A DNA stretch of 64,000 nucleotides from Myxococcales bacterium (GTDB lineage: Bacteria > Myxococcota_A > Polyangia > Polyangiales > Polyangiaceae), in the NCBI GenBank assembly GCA_043747615.1, contig JAYTOU010000023.1, forward strand, positions 128,001 to 192,000, written 5' to 3'. Below, one piece after another: positions 19,401 through 28,998 of the stretch (within the stretch, counting starts at the first letter, position 1; each line of letters opens with the position of its first letter). The notes beneath the pieces were generated by a model, which saw only the letters and a program-made list of their open reading frames with translations, did no database searches and was not told the origin of the DNA. Position numbers and translations under genes: made by a program.

Positions 19401-19753
19401 AGCGCGCGCGGTAAGCCGGGACGCTCGGCGATCGGGACGAAGCGACCGAGCGACGCGCCGAGAACGTGCACGAGACGCGCGCAGAGAGCCTCGAGGGGAA
19501 GCGCGCCGACCGGGGTCAGACCTCGAGCGGCGAGGGCGGGACCGGCGAGCGCACCCGCCACGCGACCAAGAGTGAGTCGCTCCCAGCCGAACGACGATCC
19601 GAGATCTCGCGCAACGGACCGGGAGACATGACTGGTCGCCTCCGCGGATCCGATGATGAGCACGCGCTCCGAGCGGCCGCGGGCGACGAGCCACTGCGCC
19701 GCCGACGCCAGGCGACGCGACGCCACCGGCGAGACGACGATCTGCTTCTTCAA
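16478..19753 (-). CDS. addB: AddB-type inactive helicase with PD-(D/E)XK nuclease and Fe-S staple
   Basis: ARGLSFEVVFIPGL, SPTALQNYAACPYRF, GSIDLIE...DYKTG, CQYCDYLRVC; start taken at TTG 19753, overlapping the upstream TGA. Confidence 0.88.
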   Translation of the reverse strand: MKKQIVVSPVASRRLASAAQWLVARGRSERVLIIGSAEATSHVSRSVARDLGSSFGWERLTLGRVAGALAGPALAARGLTPVGALPLEALCARLVHVLGASLGRFVPIAERPGLPRALMRTLDELRLAALGDPEKEPLEDEDLARLLAAYSQELTFAKLADRACVLALAADAANDASCSNAVLGIPLLLLDAPVANVRERDLVAALARCAGEVLATVPEGDDRTLLHLRDAMSTTDARPDAGEQEVPGLTRLQSRLFSVERAMTADAAGEEMEILSAPGESRECVEIARRIRRESERGTPFDAMAILLRSPPQYRAHVEEALRRASIPAYFARGTVRPDPTGRAFLALLACAADGLSARRFAEYLSLGEVADATEKGAPPPAAAPGDRWVPPEVDLIPEAIARAGAAPEETSDAATSPRPEVVAVLDGTLRTPRRWERLLVESAVIGGLDRWTRRLEALRKELEQKEATNPEPADADRIRRDLSDLEALRGYALPLLEAMSALPTAATWEKWLDSLSALATRSLRQPDRVLAVLAELDPMNAIGPVELSEVRMVLERRLSELVVRPTGRRSGHVYIASIEEARGLSFEVVFIPGLAEKIFPQKVSQDPILPDAARKKIGRLLPTNDERAAEERLALRIATGAATKRLVFSYPRLDMEQSRPRTPSFYGLEVLRAAEGKLPGFDELARRAETVGAARLGWPAPARSVDAIDEAEHDLALLESLFKRPEADTVGTARYLLSANAHLARALRFRANRWLKKFTYADGIVEPHAEAKAALAKHTFEARSFSPTALQNYAACPYRFVLQAIHRLSAREDPAPLEELDPLQRGSLIHDVLFKFYGKLRAAGQLPVTVTNFDAALATLEQTLDEEAERYKDDLAPAIERVWQDGITSIRADLREFLRLSKHDTTWVPAYFELAFGLPPDQKDKRDPRSDDQPLELSVGMKLRGSIDLIERRADGALRATDYKTGKKRVKGDLVIGGGQTLQPVFYALAAEKLFPGERIDSGRLYFCTSAGEFEPVDVAFDAGAREAAAAVVSTIGRALSESFLPAAPAKGACQYCDYLRVCGPYEEHRTSKVKKQDKLLPLVQLRRRP

Positions 19754-20535
19754 TCGTGGATCCAAACTCCACCAAGGGTGACCCAGCCTGCTTCCAGGGG
19801 AGAGCGCCCGGTAGCATTGTCTTTGACGAGGGTGACGGTGCATCCCGGTTTGTGGCCAAGCACGGTCACTGGATCACCCGCGGAAAGCCCAGTGATCGTC
19901 GCTTTGCCTCCCGTAGTCGTGGCGGTGCCGGTGGTGGCCACGGGCACGGAGTCGGCCGAGAAATAGGTGACCACCGCTTCGGGATGACCCATCACGTCGA
20001 ACGTCGTCCCGTCGAGCGCATTGCACGCGCCGTGGCCTCCGTCCTTGAACATGTTGAGGAAGATGGTGGTCGAGGTCGCCGAGTAACCCGGGATAAGCGC
20101 AGTGAGAAGCGCCGGTGGCAACGTAAGCGCGACGGCGGGCGTGTCGACCTTGAAGAGCTGTTCGGGGGTGAGCGTCTTCGCGTACGACTTGGCTTCGACT
20201 CGGCCGTAGAACGGGACGTTCTGCGCAATGCGACCGTTCATCGTCCCGTCGTGCGCGCTCGTGAGCGCGATGCCAGGACACAGCGGAGAAGTGAGGACGG
20301 CGCCTTCGACGAGCGGAGCCGGCGGGTTCAGGGTGACGCCGCTGACCACGATGCCGACCGTCACGTAGGGGGCCGCGCCGCACGCCGGAAGCTCTGGCCC
20401 GGTGCCATTCGCCTCGCCGGACGAAGCGTCGTCGCCACCTGCGTCAGCGCTCGTGGCCGATGCCTGCTTTGACGAACAGCCGCAAATTATAGCGGATCCG
20501 CACGCGACAGAGATGATCGCCAGCCAGGGCCTCAT
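19750..20535 (-). CDS. Hypothetical lipoprotein (beta-rich)
   Basis: Signal peptide ending ICGC, DAGGDDAS linker, paired Cys. Confidence 0.7.
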   Translation of the reverse strand: MRPWLAIISVACGSAIICGCSSKQASATSADAGGDDASSGEANGTGPELPACGAAPYVTVGIVVSGVTLNPPAPLVEGAVLTSPLCPGIALTSAHDGTMNGRIAQNVPFYGRVEAKSYAKTLTPEQLFKVDTPAVALTLPPALLTALIPGYSATSTTIFLNMFKDGGHGACNALDGTTFDVMGHPEAVVTYFSADSVPVATTGTATTTGGKATITGLSAGDPVTVLGHKPGCTVTLVKDNATGRSPLEAGWVTLGGVWIHD

Positions 20536-20575
20536 CGCGACGTTCTAGCACAGGTCTACCTTAGGGCGCTCAGCT

Positions 20576-22069
20576 TCACCGACCGCCACCCTTGCCCTTC
20601 CCCTTTGGATTCGCGGGGGCGGGCGAAGGCGATGGGGCGAGCGCGGAAGCCGGAGACGCGACGACACTTGTGGCGTGATGCGCTGCCGAAGACGCAGGGG
20701 CTCCCGCGGCTGCCTGCGGTGCCGAAGCCGCGGCGCTCGTGGACGGCACCTCGTTGCTCTCTGCTTTCGGCCCCACCACGGCGGGACGGTCGAAGTACAA
20801 CCCGAGGGCGACGGCCGTCGCGGCGAAGAGGAAACCTCCGACCACCAGGATGACCCAAAGCCACGGCGACAAAGCAGATGCTTTCTTCTTTGAGATCGGC
20901 GGCGAGGGCGCGGGACGCGGCTGCGAGACGGGCGCTGCGCTCGCAGCAGCTCGCACGAGACGCTGGGTGATCTGCCTCACCGGCAAGACCGCTGCCTGGG
21001 CAGACAGCATGGTCCTCGGTTGCGGCGCGCGGACCGGAGCGGGATCCGAATTCGGACGCGCCCGCGGGCTCGCGATGTGTGTCTCCGGCGAGAGCGACTG
21101 CGGCGGTCCCTCCTGGGCAGTCATCACCTCCGAGGGCGAATCGACGACGGTCGCCGGCGCGGAGGCTGCCGTCTGAAGCGAGAGTGCGGGGCTCGACGGT
21201 GCAGGTTTGAGCCAGGTGGCGATGGCCTCCGCCATTTCCTGCGCGGTGGAGAACCTATCCGCGGGATCTTTGCGAAGCGCGCGATCCACGATCTTGCCGA
21301 GGCGCGGATCAATCTCGGGGCAGGCGAGCGCGAGGGGCTGCGGCTCGGTCACCTGGATCGCGACCTCGAGGTCATTGCGATCCGGCAACTCCAGAGGGCG
21401 CCGACCAGTTATTGCATAATACATACATGCCCCGACCGCGTAGAGATCGGCTCGACCGTCGACCACATCGCCGCGCGCTTGCTCGGGGGCCATGTACGAG
21501 AGCGTGCCGAGCACCGTGCCGACAGTGGTGAGGGGGCCTTCGTCGGTGTCCCGCAGGAGCTTGGCGATGCCGAAATCGAGCACCTTTACGAGATCGTTCA
21601 TCGCCGACGTCGAGCTGAGAAAGATGTTGTCCGGCTTGATGTCCCGATGGACGATCTTCGCGTCATGGGCCGCGGCGAGCGCCGAGAGCACCTGAGAGGC
21701 GATGAAGGCAGCGCGCTTCGGGGCGATCCGCTTCTCTTCTTTCATCAGCTCGCGAAACGACTTTCCGGTGAGGTACTCCATCACCAGAAACGGAGGCTCC
21801 CCGGCATTCACCTGGAAGTCGGTGACGTGGACGATGTTCGGATGTCCGAGCGCAGCGGCTGCCTGGGCTTCGCGCTTGAAACGCTCCACGAGGTCCGGGT
21901 CGAGGGCGAGGTGCGAATGCAAGACCTTGACGGCCACGCGGCGATTCAGATCCTCTTGGACGGCCTCGTAGACCGCGCCCATCCCCCCCGCCCCCATAAG
22001 GCGGATGATCTTGTAGCGCCCTCCAAGCACGGATCCGACGAGCTCGGAGGTTTGGGCGTTCGCGTCCAT
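20576..22069 (-). CDS. Hanks-type Ser/Thr protein kinase with a C-terminal TM helix
   Basis: GAGGMG, VAVK, HRDIKPDN, DFG, YMAPEQ, DLYAVG; Pro-rich linker, TM segment. Confidence 0.95.
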   Translation of the reverse strand: MDANAQTSELVGSVLGGRYKIIRLMGAGGMGAVYEAVQEDLNRRVAVKVLHSHLALDPDLVERFKREAQAAAALGHPNIVHVTDFQVNAGEPPFLVMEYLTGKSFRELMKEEKRIAPKRAAFIASQVLSALAAAHDAKIVHRDIKPDNIFLSSTSAMNDLVKVLDFGIAKLLRDTDEGPLTTVGTVLGTLSYMAPEQARGDVVDGRADLYAVGACMYYAITGRRPLELPDRNDLEVAIQVTEPQPLALACPEIDPRLGKIVDRALRKDPADRFSTAQEMAEAIATWLKPAPSSPALSLQTAASAPATVVDSPSEVMTAQEGPPQSLSPETHIASPRARPNSDPAPVRAPQPRTMLSAQAAVLPVRQITQRLVRAAASAAPVSQPRPAPSPPISKKKASALSPWLWVILVVGGFLFAATAVALGLYFDRPAVVGPKAESNEVPSTSAAASAPQAAAGAPASSAAHHATSVVASPASALAPSPSPAPANPKGKGKGGGR

Positions 22070-22125
22070 TCAGCCGGTACTCTAGTCCTGTTTTTTCGCG
22101 GCCTGGAGCTCCTCGTCGAAGGCGT

Positions 22126-22797
22126 CTACGGTTCGAGCCCCGCGAACTCCGGCGGCGCGAGATCCTTGCTGACCACGACGCCGCCGCAGGAACCGGCGGA
22201 AGAAATCGCGAAACGCATGCCCGCTCGGTCGCCCTTCCAGACGTAGGCCTCGTTCGGGAGCGTCGCCATCTTTTGCGGCGGACCAAAATCGTTCTTGAGC
22301 GCACCAGCGACGGTCTTGCAATCGCTGGTCAATCGCACGCCGAACCCGATCGTAGCGAGGCGACCTTTTTGAAACGTGTAATTTACATCCTTCAGCAGGA
22401 TGCCGGAGTAGCTGCGGTCGCTGGCGAGCTTGTAGGACGCGCGGTCCCCGTTCTTTTCGGTTTGCTTGAGGCCGCGAATGTCTTTCACCTTGGCGCCGAA
22501 GCTGACTCCGAGAAAGCCGTTCTTTGCGTCGAGCTTGGGGGAGCCCGCGACGACATCAGGGGTCGTCGCCTTGGTGTCCGCGGGGGCCTCGGCAGGTGTC
22601 GAAGGCTTCTCGGCAGGCTTCGGATCTTTGTCGGAGCTCGGAGACGACGGCGGAGACGAGCCCGACTCCGCCTTCGATGGCGGCGGCGTAGCTTTGAAGT
22701 CTCGAAGCGCGACCTCCGCCGGACGCTGTCGGACCGGTGCGGACGCGCACGCCATCAGACCCAGCGAAAGTACGAAAAACCCCCTCATGTTCGTCAT
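22126..22797 (-). CDS. Hypothetical lipoprotein
   Basis: Lipobox LMAC, Pro/Ser-rich linker, globular C-domain starting LDAKNGFLGVSFG. Confidence 0.7.
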   Translation of the reverse strand: MTNMRGFFVLSLGLMACASAPVRQRPAEVALRDFKATPPPSKAESGSSPPSSPSSDKDPKPAEKPSTPAEAPADTKATTPDVVAGSPKLDAKNGFLGVSFGAKVKDIRGLKQTEKNGDRASYKLASDRSYSGILLKDVNYTFQKGRLATIGFGVRLTSDCKTVAGALKNDFGPPQKMATLPNEAYVWKGDRAGMRFAISSAGSCGGVVVSKDLAPPEFAGLEP

Positions 22798-22810
22798 TGT
22801 GTCACTCGCT

Positions 22811-23707
22811 TCACTCGCCGGATGCTCGCTTCTTCGTGGGTTTGGATTTCTTCGCGGGCTTCGTTTCCTCGAGGTCCGCCTGATGTTTAGCGCTGACGTC
22901 CGCTTTCTTCACGCCACCCTTGGCGCCGTTGAGGGAGCGCGCGAGAAGCTCGGCGAGGTCGATGACCTTACCACCTTGGCTCTTGGCGACGACTTCCTCC
23001 ACTTCGCCGCCTCCCTTCTTCGTCTCCTCTGCGGCGACTTTTTCGTCCACCGCCGCTTCCACTGCGGCGCGGTATTCGTCGGGGTGTCGCGCGGGATCGA
23101 AGGGCGCGGTGAGCGTGCTCACCAGATCGAGGGCAAGCTGCGTTTCCCGCGCGGTCATCGGCTTCCCATCAGGGAGGACGATGTCGTCGTCTGCAACCAG
23201 CTCGTCGGCGAAGCGCATCATGTCGAGCGAGAATAGCCGACCGCGGGGCCGCAGCATGGCCAGCCGGGTGCGCGTCCGGATCCGCACCTTGGCGAGAGCG
23301 ACCTTCCCGCTGCTGCGCAGGGCCTCCCGCAGAAGATTGAAGCTGTGGCCGCTCTTGCCGCCCGGGCCGACCCAGTAGCTCTTGTCGATGTAGGCGAGGT
23401 CGACCTCGCTCGGGTCGATGAACTCCACGATGTCGACGCCGCCCGCGGCCTCGTCCCCTTCGAGCTTCGCCAACTCCTCTTTGGTGAAGAGAGCGTACTC
23501 GCCCTTGGAGACCTCGTAGCCTTTGCCGATCTCCGAATATTCCACGTCGCGCGCGCACTTCGGGCATCGCCGCACGAGGTTGATACGCGTGCCGCACTCC
23601 TTGTGGAGCTGATTGAACTGCGGTGTCAGGTCTTTCGTCGCCGAGTAAAGCTTGGCGGGAATGGTGACGAGCCCGAAGGAAATTTCTCCTGACCACATCG
23701 CGCGCAT
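22811..23707 (-). CDS. ku: Ku DNA end-binding protein (NHEJ)
   Basis: MRAMWSGEISFGLVTIPAKLYSAT, FNQLH, KGYE, basic C-terminal tail; AGGAG RBS. Confidence 0.96.
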   Translation of the reverse strand: MRAMWSGEISFGLVTIPAKLYSATKDLTPQFNQLHKECGTRINLVRRCPKCARDVEYSEIGKGYEVSKGEYALFTKEELAKLEGDEAAGGVDIVEFIDPSEVDLAYIDKSYWVGPGGKSGHSFNLLREALRSSGKVALAKVRIRTRTRLAMLRPRGRLFSLDMMRFADELVADDDIVLPDGKPMTARETQLALDLVSTLTAPFDPARHPDEYRAAVEAAVDEKVAAEETKKGGGEVEEVVAKSQGGKVIDLAELLARSLNGAKGGVKKADVSAKHQADLEETKPAKKSKPTKKRASGE

Positions 23708-23742
23708 CGCTGCAATCTCCTCAAAACCAGATAAAAAAGTCT

Positions 23743-25848
23743 ATGCCGAAAGGGCGTCGTCCCACTACTGCACGCGCGGCTAGCGATCCGGCCCAGAAGC
23801 GGGGCTCGCGGCTTGATGAAGATGAAGCGAAACGTCGCTTTGACGTAACTCCCGAGCCACGAGCTGAATCGTTTCAGGAGCCCGCGGCTAAGGGAAAGAA
23901 ATTGACCTTCGTCGTCCAGAAGCACGACGCTACGCGCATGCGCTTCGACAGCGAGAAGCTCAAGGGCGCGCGAGAGCTCGTCCTCAGCATGGGCGACCCG
24001 GCGGCGGCTGTGAACGCCGGCGGCACCATGGATCTCTCCAACTTCTCGTTCGAGATCAAGTACGACGGGTACCGTCTGATCGCCGGTAAAGCGGCCTCGG
24101 ACGTGAAGCTCTTCAGCCGCGCGCACAAGGACTGGACCGATCGCTTCAAGCCGATCGCGGAGGCGATGAAGAACCTCTCGGCGCGCGAAGCTGTGCTCGA
24201 TGGCGAAGCGTGTGTCGTCGATGCCCAAGGGGCTCCCGGATTTGCGCGCCTTCAGCAGTGGCTCGCGGGGGAGAAGGTCGACGGGACGCTCGCCTTCTGT
24301 GTGTTCGATCTTCTGTGGCTCGACGGGCGCGACCTCCGGCGCCTTCCCCTCGAAGAGCGGCGCGAGGTCCTCGAGGCTCTCTTGCGAGACGCGGTTCCTC
24401 CCCTCTCCTTCTCCGCATCCATCGACGGCGACGTCGCCGAGATTCTCAAGGTCACGCGCGCCGCCGGGCTCGAAGGGATTATCGCCAAACGCAAGGGGTC
24501 TCCGTACGTCGAAGGGCCCACCTCGAACTGGCTCAAGATCAAGTTTCAACAGCGGCAGGACTGCGCCATCGTCGGTTACGTACCGATGACCGGCACGAAC
24601 GTGGTCGGGGCGCTCATCCTCGCGGTGGTCGAGCCCGGCGGCCGCTTGGTCTACGCCGGGCGGGTGGGTACGGGCTTCGACACCAAGATGCGGCGAGACC
24701 TCGCGCGGCGTCTGGACCAATCGCGGGTCAAAGCGCCGCCAGTGACCGGCGCTCCTCGCCTCTCGGCGGTGTGGTCGGCGCCCGAGCTCGTCGCAGACAT
24801 CGGGCACGCGGGCTGGACACGCAGCGGAAGCCCATTTCACCCGCGTTTCCTAGGGCTGCGCGAGGACAAGTCACCACTCGAGTGCGTGCGCGAGACGCCG
24901 GGAGGCACGTCAGACGTCGAGGCTCCCAAGGCGGAGGTTGCACGCTCTCCGCTCGTCGTAAAACTGACGAATCCCGACAAAGTCCTCTTCCCAAAGGACG
25001 GCTTCAGCAAGCGGGACGTGCTTGCATATTACATGGATATCGCCCCCGTCATGCTTCCTCATCTCGCCGGGCGACCGCTGACGCTTCAGCGCTGGCCTAA
25101 TGGGATCCACGGCAAGGAGTGGTACCAGCACCGCGTGCCGCTCGACCCGCCGGAGTTCGTCCGGCTACTGCGCTTTGAAGACAGCGGGCAATCGGAGCGC
25201 GGTGAGAAGCAGCGCGTCGTGGTCGACAACGTCGAGACGCTCGCCTGGCTCGCCAACCTCGCGGCGATCACCCTTCATGGTTGGACGAGTCACGCCCCGC
25301 CGAACGCGCGAACGGAGTCAAAAGCAGAGGCGGAGAGCGCTCTGTCTCTTCCAGACTACGTCGTGATCGATCTCGATCCGGGCGACGGTCCGTGGTCGGA
25401 CGTGATCGAAGTGGCGAGCTCAGTGCGCGTGCTCCTCGAGGCCCTCGAGCTCGAGAGCGTCGTGAAGACCAGCGGCAAGCGCGGAATTCATGTCGTGATT
25501 CCTATCGCGCGGGGGCCGTCGCATTCGCAGGCTACGGCGTTCGCCGCGAGCATCGCCCAGGCGGTCGCCAAGGTTCACTCAACGATCGCGACGGTGGAGC
25601 GGACCATCGACAAGCGCAAAGGGCGGCTTTACGTCGACGCGGCCCAGAATGGACGCGGCCGAACCATCGTGTCTCCCTACACCATACGCGCGCTCGACGG
25701 CGCGCCCGTGTCGACGCCGATTATGTGGAGCGAGGTGACGCAATCGCTCGACCCGCGAAAGTTCACGATCAAGACAGTGCGCGATCGCGTGGCAAAATAC
25801 GGCGACCTCTTCGCTCCCGCCATCCGCGGGACAGCAAAGCTATCGTAG
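23743..25848 (+). CDS. ligD: DNA ligase D (ligase + primase/polymerase domains; phosphoesterase domain vestigial)
   Basis: EIKYDGYR, DGE, FDLL, EGIIAK, WLKIK ligase motifs; TNPDKVLFP, DLDP, KTSGKRGIH polymerase motifs. Confidence 0.93.
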   Translation: MPKGRRPTTARAASDPAQKRGSRLDEDEAKRRFDVTPEPRAESFQEPAAKGKKLTFVVQKHDATRMRFDSEKLKGARELVLSMGDPAAAVNAGGTMDLSNFSFEIKYDGYRLIAGKAASDVKLFSRAHKDWTDRFKPIAEAMKNLSAREAVLDGEACVVDAQGAPGFARLQQWLAGEKVDGTLAFCVFDLLWLDGRDLRRLPLEERREVLEALLRDAVPPLSFSASIDGDVAEILKVTRAAGLEGIIAKRKGSPYVEGPTSNWLKIKFQQRQDCAIVGYVPMTGTNVVGALILAVVEPGGRLVYAGRVGTGFDTKMRRDLARRLDQSRVKAPPVTGAPRLSAVWSAPELVADIGHAGWTRSGSPFHPRFLGLREDKSPLECVRETPGGTSDVEAPKAEVARSPLVVKLTNPDKVLFPKDGFSKRDVLAYYMDIAPVMLPHLAGRPLTLQRWPNGIHGKEWYQHRVPLDPPEFVRLLRFEDSGQSERGEKQRVVVDNVETLAWLANLAAITLHGWTSHAPPNARTESKAEAESALSLPDYVVIDLDPGDGPWSDVIEVASSVRVLLEALELESVVKTSGKRGIHVVIPIARGPSHSQATAFAASIAQAVAKVHSTIATVERTIDKRKGRLYVDAAQNGRGRTIVSPYTIRALDGAPVSTPIMWSEVTQSLDPRKFTIKTVRDRVAKYGDLFAPAIRGTAKLS

Positions 25849-25868
25849 AAGCGAGACGCTCGTGGGCG

Positions 25869-26216
25869 TCACTCGATCTTGAACTTTTTGCCGACATTGA
25901 CGGAGGCGCCGTTGAACGCGGGGATCTTGGCTTTTTTGTAGGCGTTCACGACGCAGGCGCCGACTTTGGTTCCCGCGAAGGGCGCGTCGACCGCGGCTGC
26001 AGATACGGTGCCGCTGGCGACGAAAGTCACGATGACGTGGCCGTCCCCGGTGGGGCCCTTCTTCTTCTTGCAGACGCCGACGTCGACGGCCTTCATCGCC
26101 GTCGACGCCGCTTCGCGATCGAACGCGTCAGAGGTCTCTTTACTCTGCGCGTCGGTCGCGCCGACCATCGAGAGCACTCCGGTCGCCATCGCGAGAACGA
26201 GACGCATCGTGGGCAT
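25869..26216 (-). CDS. Small secreted protein, standalone TonB-C/AgmX-PglI C-terminal-like domain
   Basis: Signal peptide, then FDREAA...C...GHVIVTFVASGTVS...PFAGTKVGAC...PAF...VGKKF. Confidence 0.6.
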   Translation of the reverse strand: MPTMRLVLAMATGVLSMVGATDAQSKETSDAFDREAASTAMKAVDVGVCKKKKGPTGDGHVIVTFVASGTVSAAAVDAPFAGTKVGACVVNAYKKAKIPAFNGASVNVGKKFKIE

Positions 26217-26345
26217 GCGACCCTCTACAGCAAACTCTGCGCCGTCGTCGGCGCGTGCGGCGGGCGCTAATTTGCCCACGTTGTACGCGGATAACCATGA
26301 CCGCTGCGCTCAATCCTGGTGGTCGCCCGATCCAACCCCGCAGGC

Positions 26346-26825
26346 CTAGGGCACGCGCTCGAGAAGAAGGAATGCGACGTCGGCGGTCTCGCCTGAGGTG
26401 CGCTCGACCTCGCGCCACGCACCGCGATCGAACTCGGGGAAGCGCACGTCACCGTCTACATCACGGGCGATTTCGGTCACGTACATCCGGGTGACGAGGG
26501 GAAGCGCTTCGACGTAGATCATCGCGCCGCCGATGATCACCGGCTCGGAGTCCGTCTGGCGGGCAAGGGCGATCGCTTCGTCGAGCCCGTGAACGACTTC
26601 GCACCCTTCGGCGACGAACGACGAAGAGCGACTAACCACGATGTTACGCCGATGGGGGAGCGGCTTTCCGATCGAGGCGTGTGTCGTGCGACCCATGATG
26701 ATCGAGTGGCCGATGGTCACGCGTCGAAAATGCTTCAGGTCCTCGGGAATATGCCAGGGAAGTGCGCCGCGTGTTCCGATCACTCCATTGCGCGCCATGG
26801 CGACGATGAGCGACAGAGGACGCAT
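26346..26825 (-). CDS. folA: Dihydrofolate reductase
   Basis: LIVAMARNGVIG, LPWHIPEDLKHF, IMGRTT, PLPHRRNIV, IIGG, GDVRFP. Confidence 0.97.
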   Translation of the reverse strand: MRPLSLIVAMARNGVIGTRGALPWHIPEDLKHFRRVTIGHSIIMGRTTHASIGKPLPHRRNIVVSRSSSFVAEGCEVVHGLDEAIALARQTDSEPVIIGGAMIYVEALPLVTRMYVTEIARDVDGDVRFPEFDRGAWREVERTSGETADVAFLLLERVP

Positions 26826-27667
26826 CAGACCGAGACCTCGGCCTTGATGTGCGGCAGCGGATCGTAGCCCTCGAGGGTAAAGTCCTCGAGGCGGAAGGCG
26901 AAGAGATCCTTTGCCGTCGGGTTGATGAGCATGCGCGGAAGGGGGCGCGGCGTTCGCGAGAGCTGCTCGCGCGCCTGGTCGAAGTGGTTCTTGTAGAGAT
27001 GCGCGTCCCCCAGCGTGTGCACGAAGTCCCCCACCCCTAGACCGGTGACGTGCGCGACCATCATCGTGAGAAGCGCATAGCTCGCGATGTTGAAGGGGAC
27101 ACCGAGGAAGATGTCGCCGCTACGCTGGTAGAGCTGCGCGCTGAGCTCACCGTCTTGCACGTAAAACTGAAACAGCGTGTGGCACGGCGGAAGCGCGACC
27201 TGCTCGGCTTCCTTCGGATTCCACCCGGTCACGATCATCCGGCGACTCGAGGGATCGGTGCGAATGAGATCGAGGACGCGCTGGATCTGATCGACGCCGT
27301 CTTTTGCGTACGTCCCGTCGGCCAGGGGCGTGGCGGCGAAGTTTCGCCATTGATGTCCGTAGATCGGCCCGAGATCTCCCTCTTTGCGCCCAAAGCGCGC
27401 GGTCTGCTCCGCCGTCGCCCACTCGTTCCAGATGCGGACCCCTTCGGCCTGCAGTGACTCGACGCGGGTCTCTCCGCGAAGAAACCAGAGAAGCTCGATG
27501 ATGATCGATCGCAGATGAACCTTCTTCGTCGTGAGGAGCGGGAAGCCCTCACGAAGATCGAAGCGCATCTGATGGCCAAAGACTCCTCGCGTCCCCGTGC
27601 CGGTGCGGTCCGCGCGGTCTTTTCCGTCCTCTAGGGCGTGACGAAGAAGGTCGAGATAGGGCGTCAC
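26825..27667 (-). CDS. thyA: Thymidylate synthase
   Basis: [39 protein letters not shown]; start GTG 27667; TGATG coupling to folA. Confidence 0.97.
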   Translation of the reverse strand: MTPYLDLLRHALEDGKDRADRTGTGTRGVFGHQMRFDLREGFPLLTTKKVHLRSIIIELLWFLRGETRVESLQAEGVRIWNEWATAEQTARFGRKEGDLGPIYGHQWRNFAATPLADGTYAKDGVDQIQRVLDLIRTDPSSRRMIVTGWNPKEAEQVALPPCHTLFQFYVQDGELSAQLYQRSGDIFLGVPFNIASYALLTMMVAHVTGLGVGDFVHTLGDAHLYKNHFDQAREQLSRTPRPLPRMLINPTAKDLFAFRLEDFTLEGYDPLPHIKAEVSV

Positions 27668-27705
27668 GATGCGGTTTTTAACACGAACGAGGACGACGGC
27701 ACAAT

Positions 27706-28647
27706 CTAGGCCGCGGAGAACTGCGCCATCATCGCCGCCACGGACGCACTGTTCACCGTCCGCCCATTTATCTCGACGCACGCGTCGAGCGCGCGCGACA
27801 TCTCGGCAGCACTTGCATAGCGAAGGCCCACGTCCCGCTCGAGCGCGCGCGAGAGCACCGCCCACAATGCGTCTGGGTAGCTCGGCACGAGCGTGCGCGG
27901 ATCAGGGATAACTGCGTTGTGAATCGCGCGCACCGTCTCGACGTCGTTCTCGTGCTTGAAGAGACGTCGATTGACGGAGATCTCCCAGAGTGATGTCCCG
28001 AGCGCGAACACGTCAGCGCGTCGATCGGGCGCCGCTCCATCGATGACCTCGGGAGAGAGGTAAGCGACTTTCCCCTTCACGACCCCGGTCGCCGTCTTCG
28101 AGACGCGGGCGTCCGATCGGGCGAGACCAAAATCGATGATCTTTACGCGGCCATCGAAGGTGATGAAAATGTTGCTGGGGTTGACGTCGCGGTGGACGAC
28201 GTTCTCGGGGCGTCCATCGGCGGCTCCAATCTCGTGGGCGTGGTGAAGGCCGTCGGCCACGCGCGCCCCGATCCACGCGACGACGTTGCACGGAAGCCGC
28301 AGGTTCTTCGCCTGAAACCCACGCCACACATGAAGAAGAGATTCGCCGATGAGGAGCTCCATGGCGATGAAGTGCCTTCCGTCCGCTTCCCCCGTTTCAT
28401 AGAGCTGCAAGCAGTTCGGATGGGTCAGCTTTCCCATGAGGCGCGCTTCATCCTGGAACATCGCCACGAAGGCAGCGTCCGCCGAGAGCTCGTCGTGAAG
28501 TACCTTCAGTGCGACGAAACGATTTCCAAGCGGTCCTTGGCGGCCCAGGTACACGGCCGCCATGCCGCCCGCCGCAATTTTCTCGCCGACCTCGTAGCGC
28601 CCGACACGCGTGGGTTTGGTGTGCGCAGGCGTTTGCTCGGTCGTCAT
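27706..28647 (-). CDS. Minimal cytoplasmic Ser/Thr protein kinase
   Basis: [32 protein letters not shown]; kinase domain only. Confidence 0.93.
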   Translation of the reverse strand: MTTEQTPAHTKPTRVGRYEVGEKIAAGGMAAVYLGRQGPLGNRFVALKVLHDELSADAAFVAMFQDEARLMGKLTHPNCLQLYETGEADGRHFIAMELLIGESLLHVWRGFQAKNLRLPCNVVAWIGARVADGLHHAHEIGAADGRPENVVHRDVNPSNIFITFDGRVKIIDFGLARSDARVSKTATGVVKGKVAYLSPEVIDGAAPDRRADVFALGTSLWEISVNRRLFKHENDVETVRAIHNAVIPDPRTLVPSYPDALWAVLSRALERDVGLRYASAAEMSRALDACVEINGRTVNSASVAAMMAQFSAA

Positions 28648-28664
28648 CGCGCAGCCGCTCTAAC

Positions 28665-28976
28665 CTAGTTTTTCGATCCACCGAGGCAGGCAGGAGATTC
28701 CTGCACCGCCATGTCCGCGGCCCATTCAGCCGGGCTCCGCGCCGTGATCGAGAGCGCGTGCACGCCGTTGCGCAGCTCGTGGGCGAGCGACGCGAACACC
28801 AGCTGATGCCGCGCGACTCCGCTTTTCCCGTCGAATTCGGCGGAGACCACGACCACCTTGAAGTGTGTCTCCGAGCCCTTCGGAACGTTGTGCATCCCGC
28901 TGTCGTTGATGATCTCGAGCACGGACGGCGCGAGAGCTGCGCGGAGTTTCTCTTCGATGGAATCTCTGATCGACAT
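28665..28976 (-). CDS. bolA: BolA family protein
   Basis: HNVPKGSETHFKVVVVS, RHQLVF, VHALSI, SPACLGG. Confidence 0.95.
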   Translation of the reverse strand: MSIRDSIEEKLRAALAPSVLEIINDSGMHNVPKGSETHFKVVVVSAEFDGKSGVARHQLVFASLAHELRNGVHALSITARSPAEWAADMAVQESPACLGGSKN

Positions 28977-28998
28977 GACGACGTTTCGTTTCTTTGTT

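Noticed and set aside
13020..19753. Helicase-nuclease pair as a defence system or Cas4-related locus
   Set aside because: The architecture matches housekeeping AddAB; no cas genes or CRISPR repeats were seen
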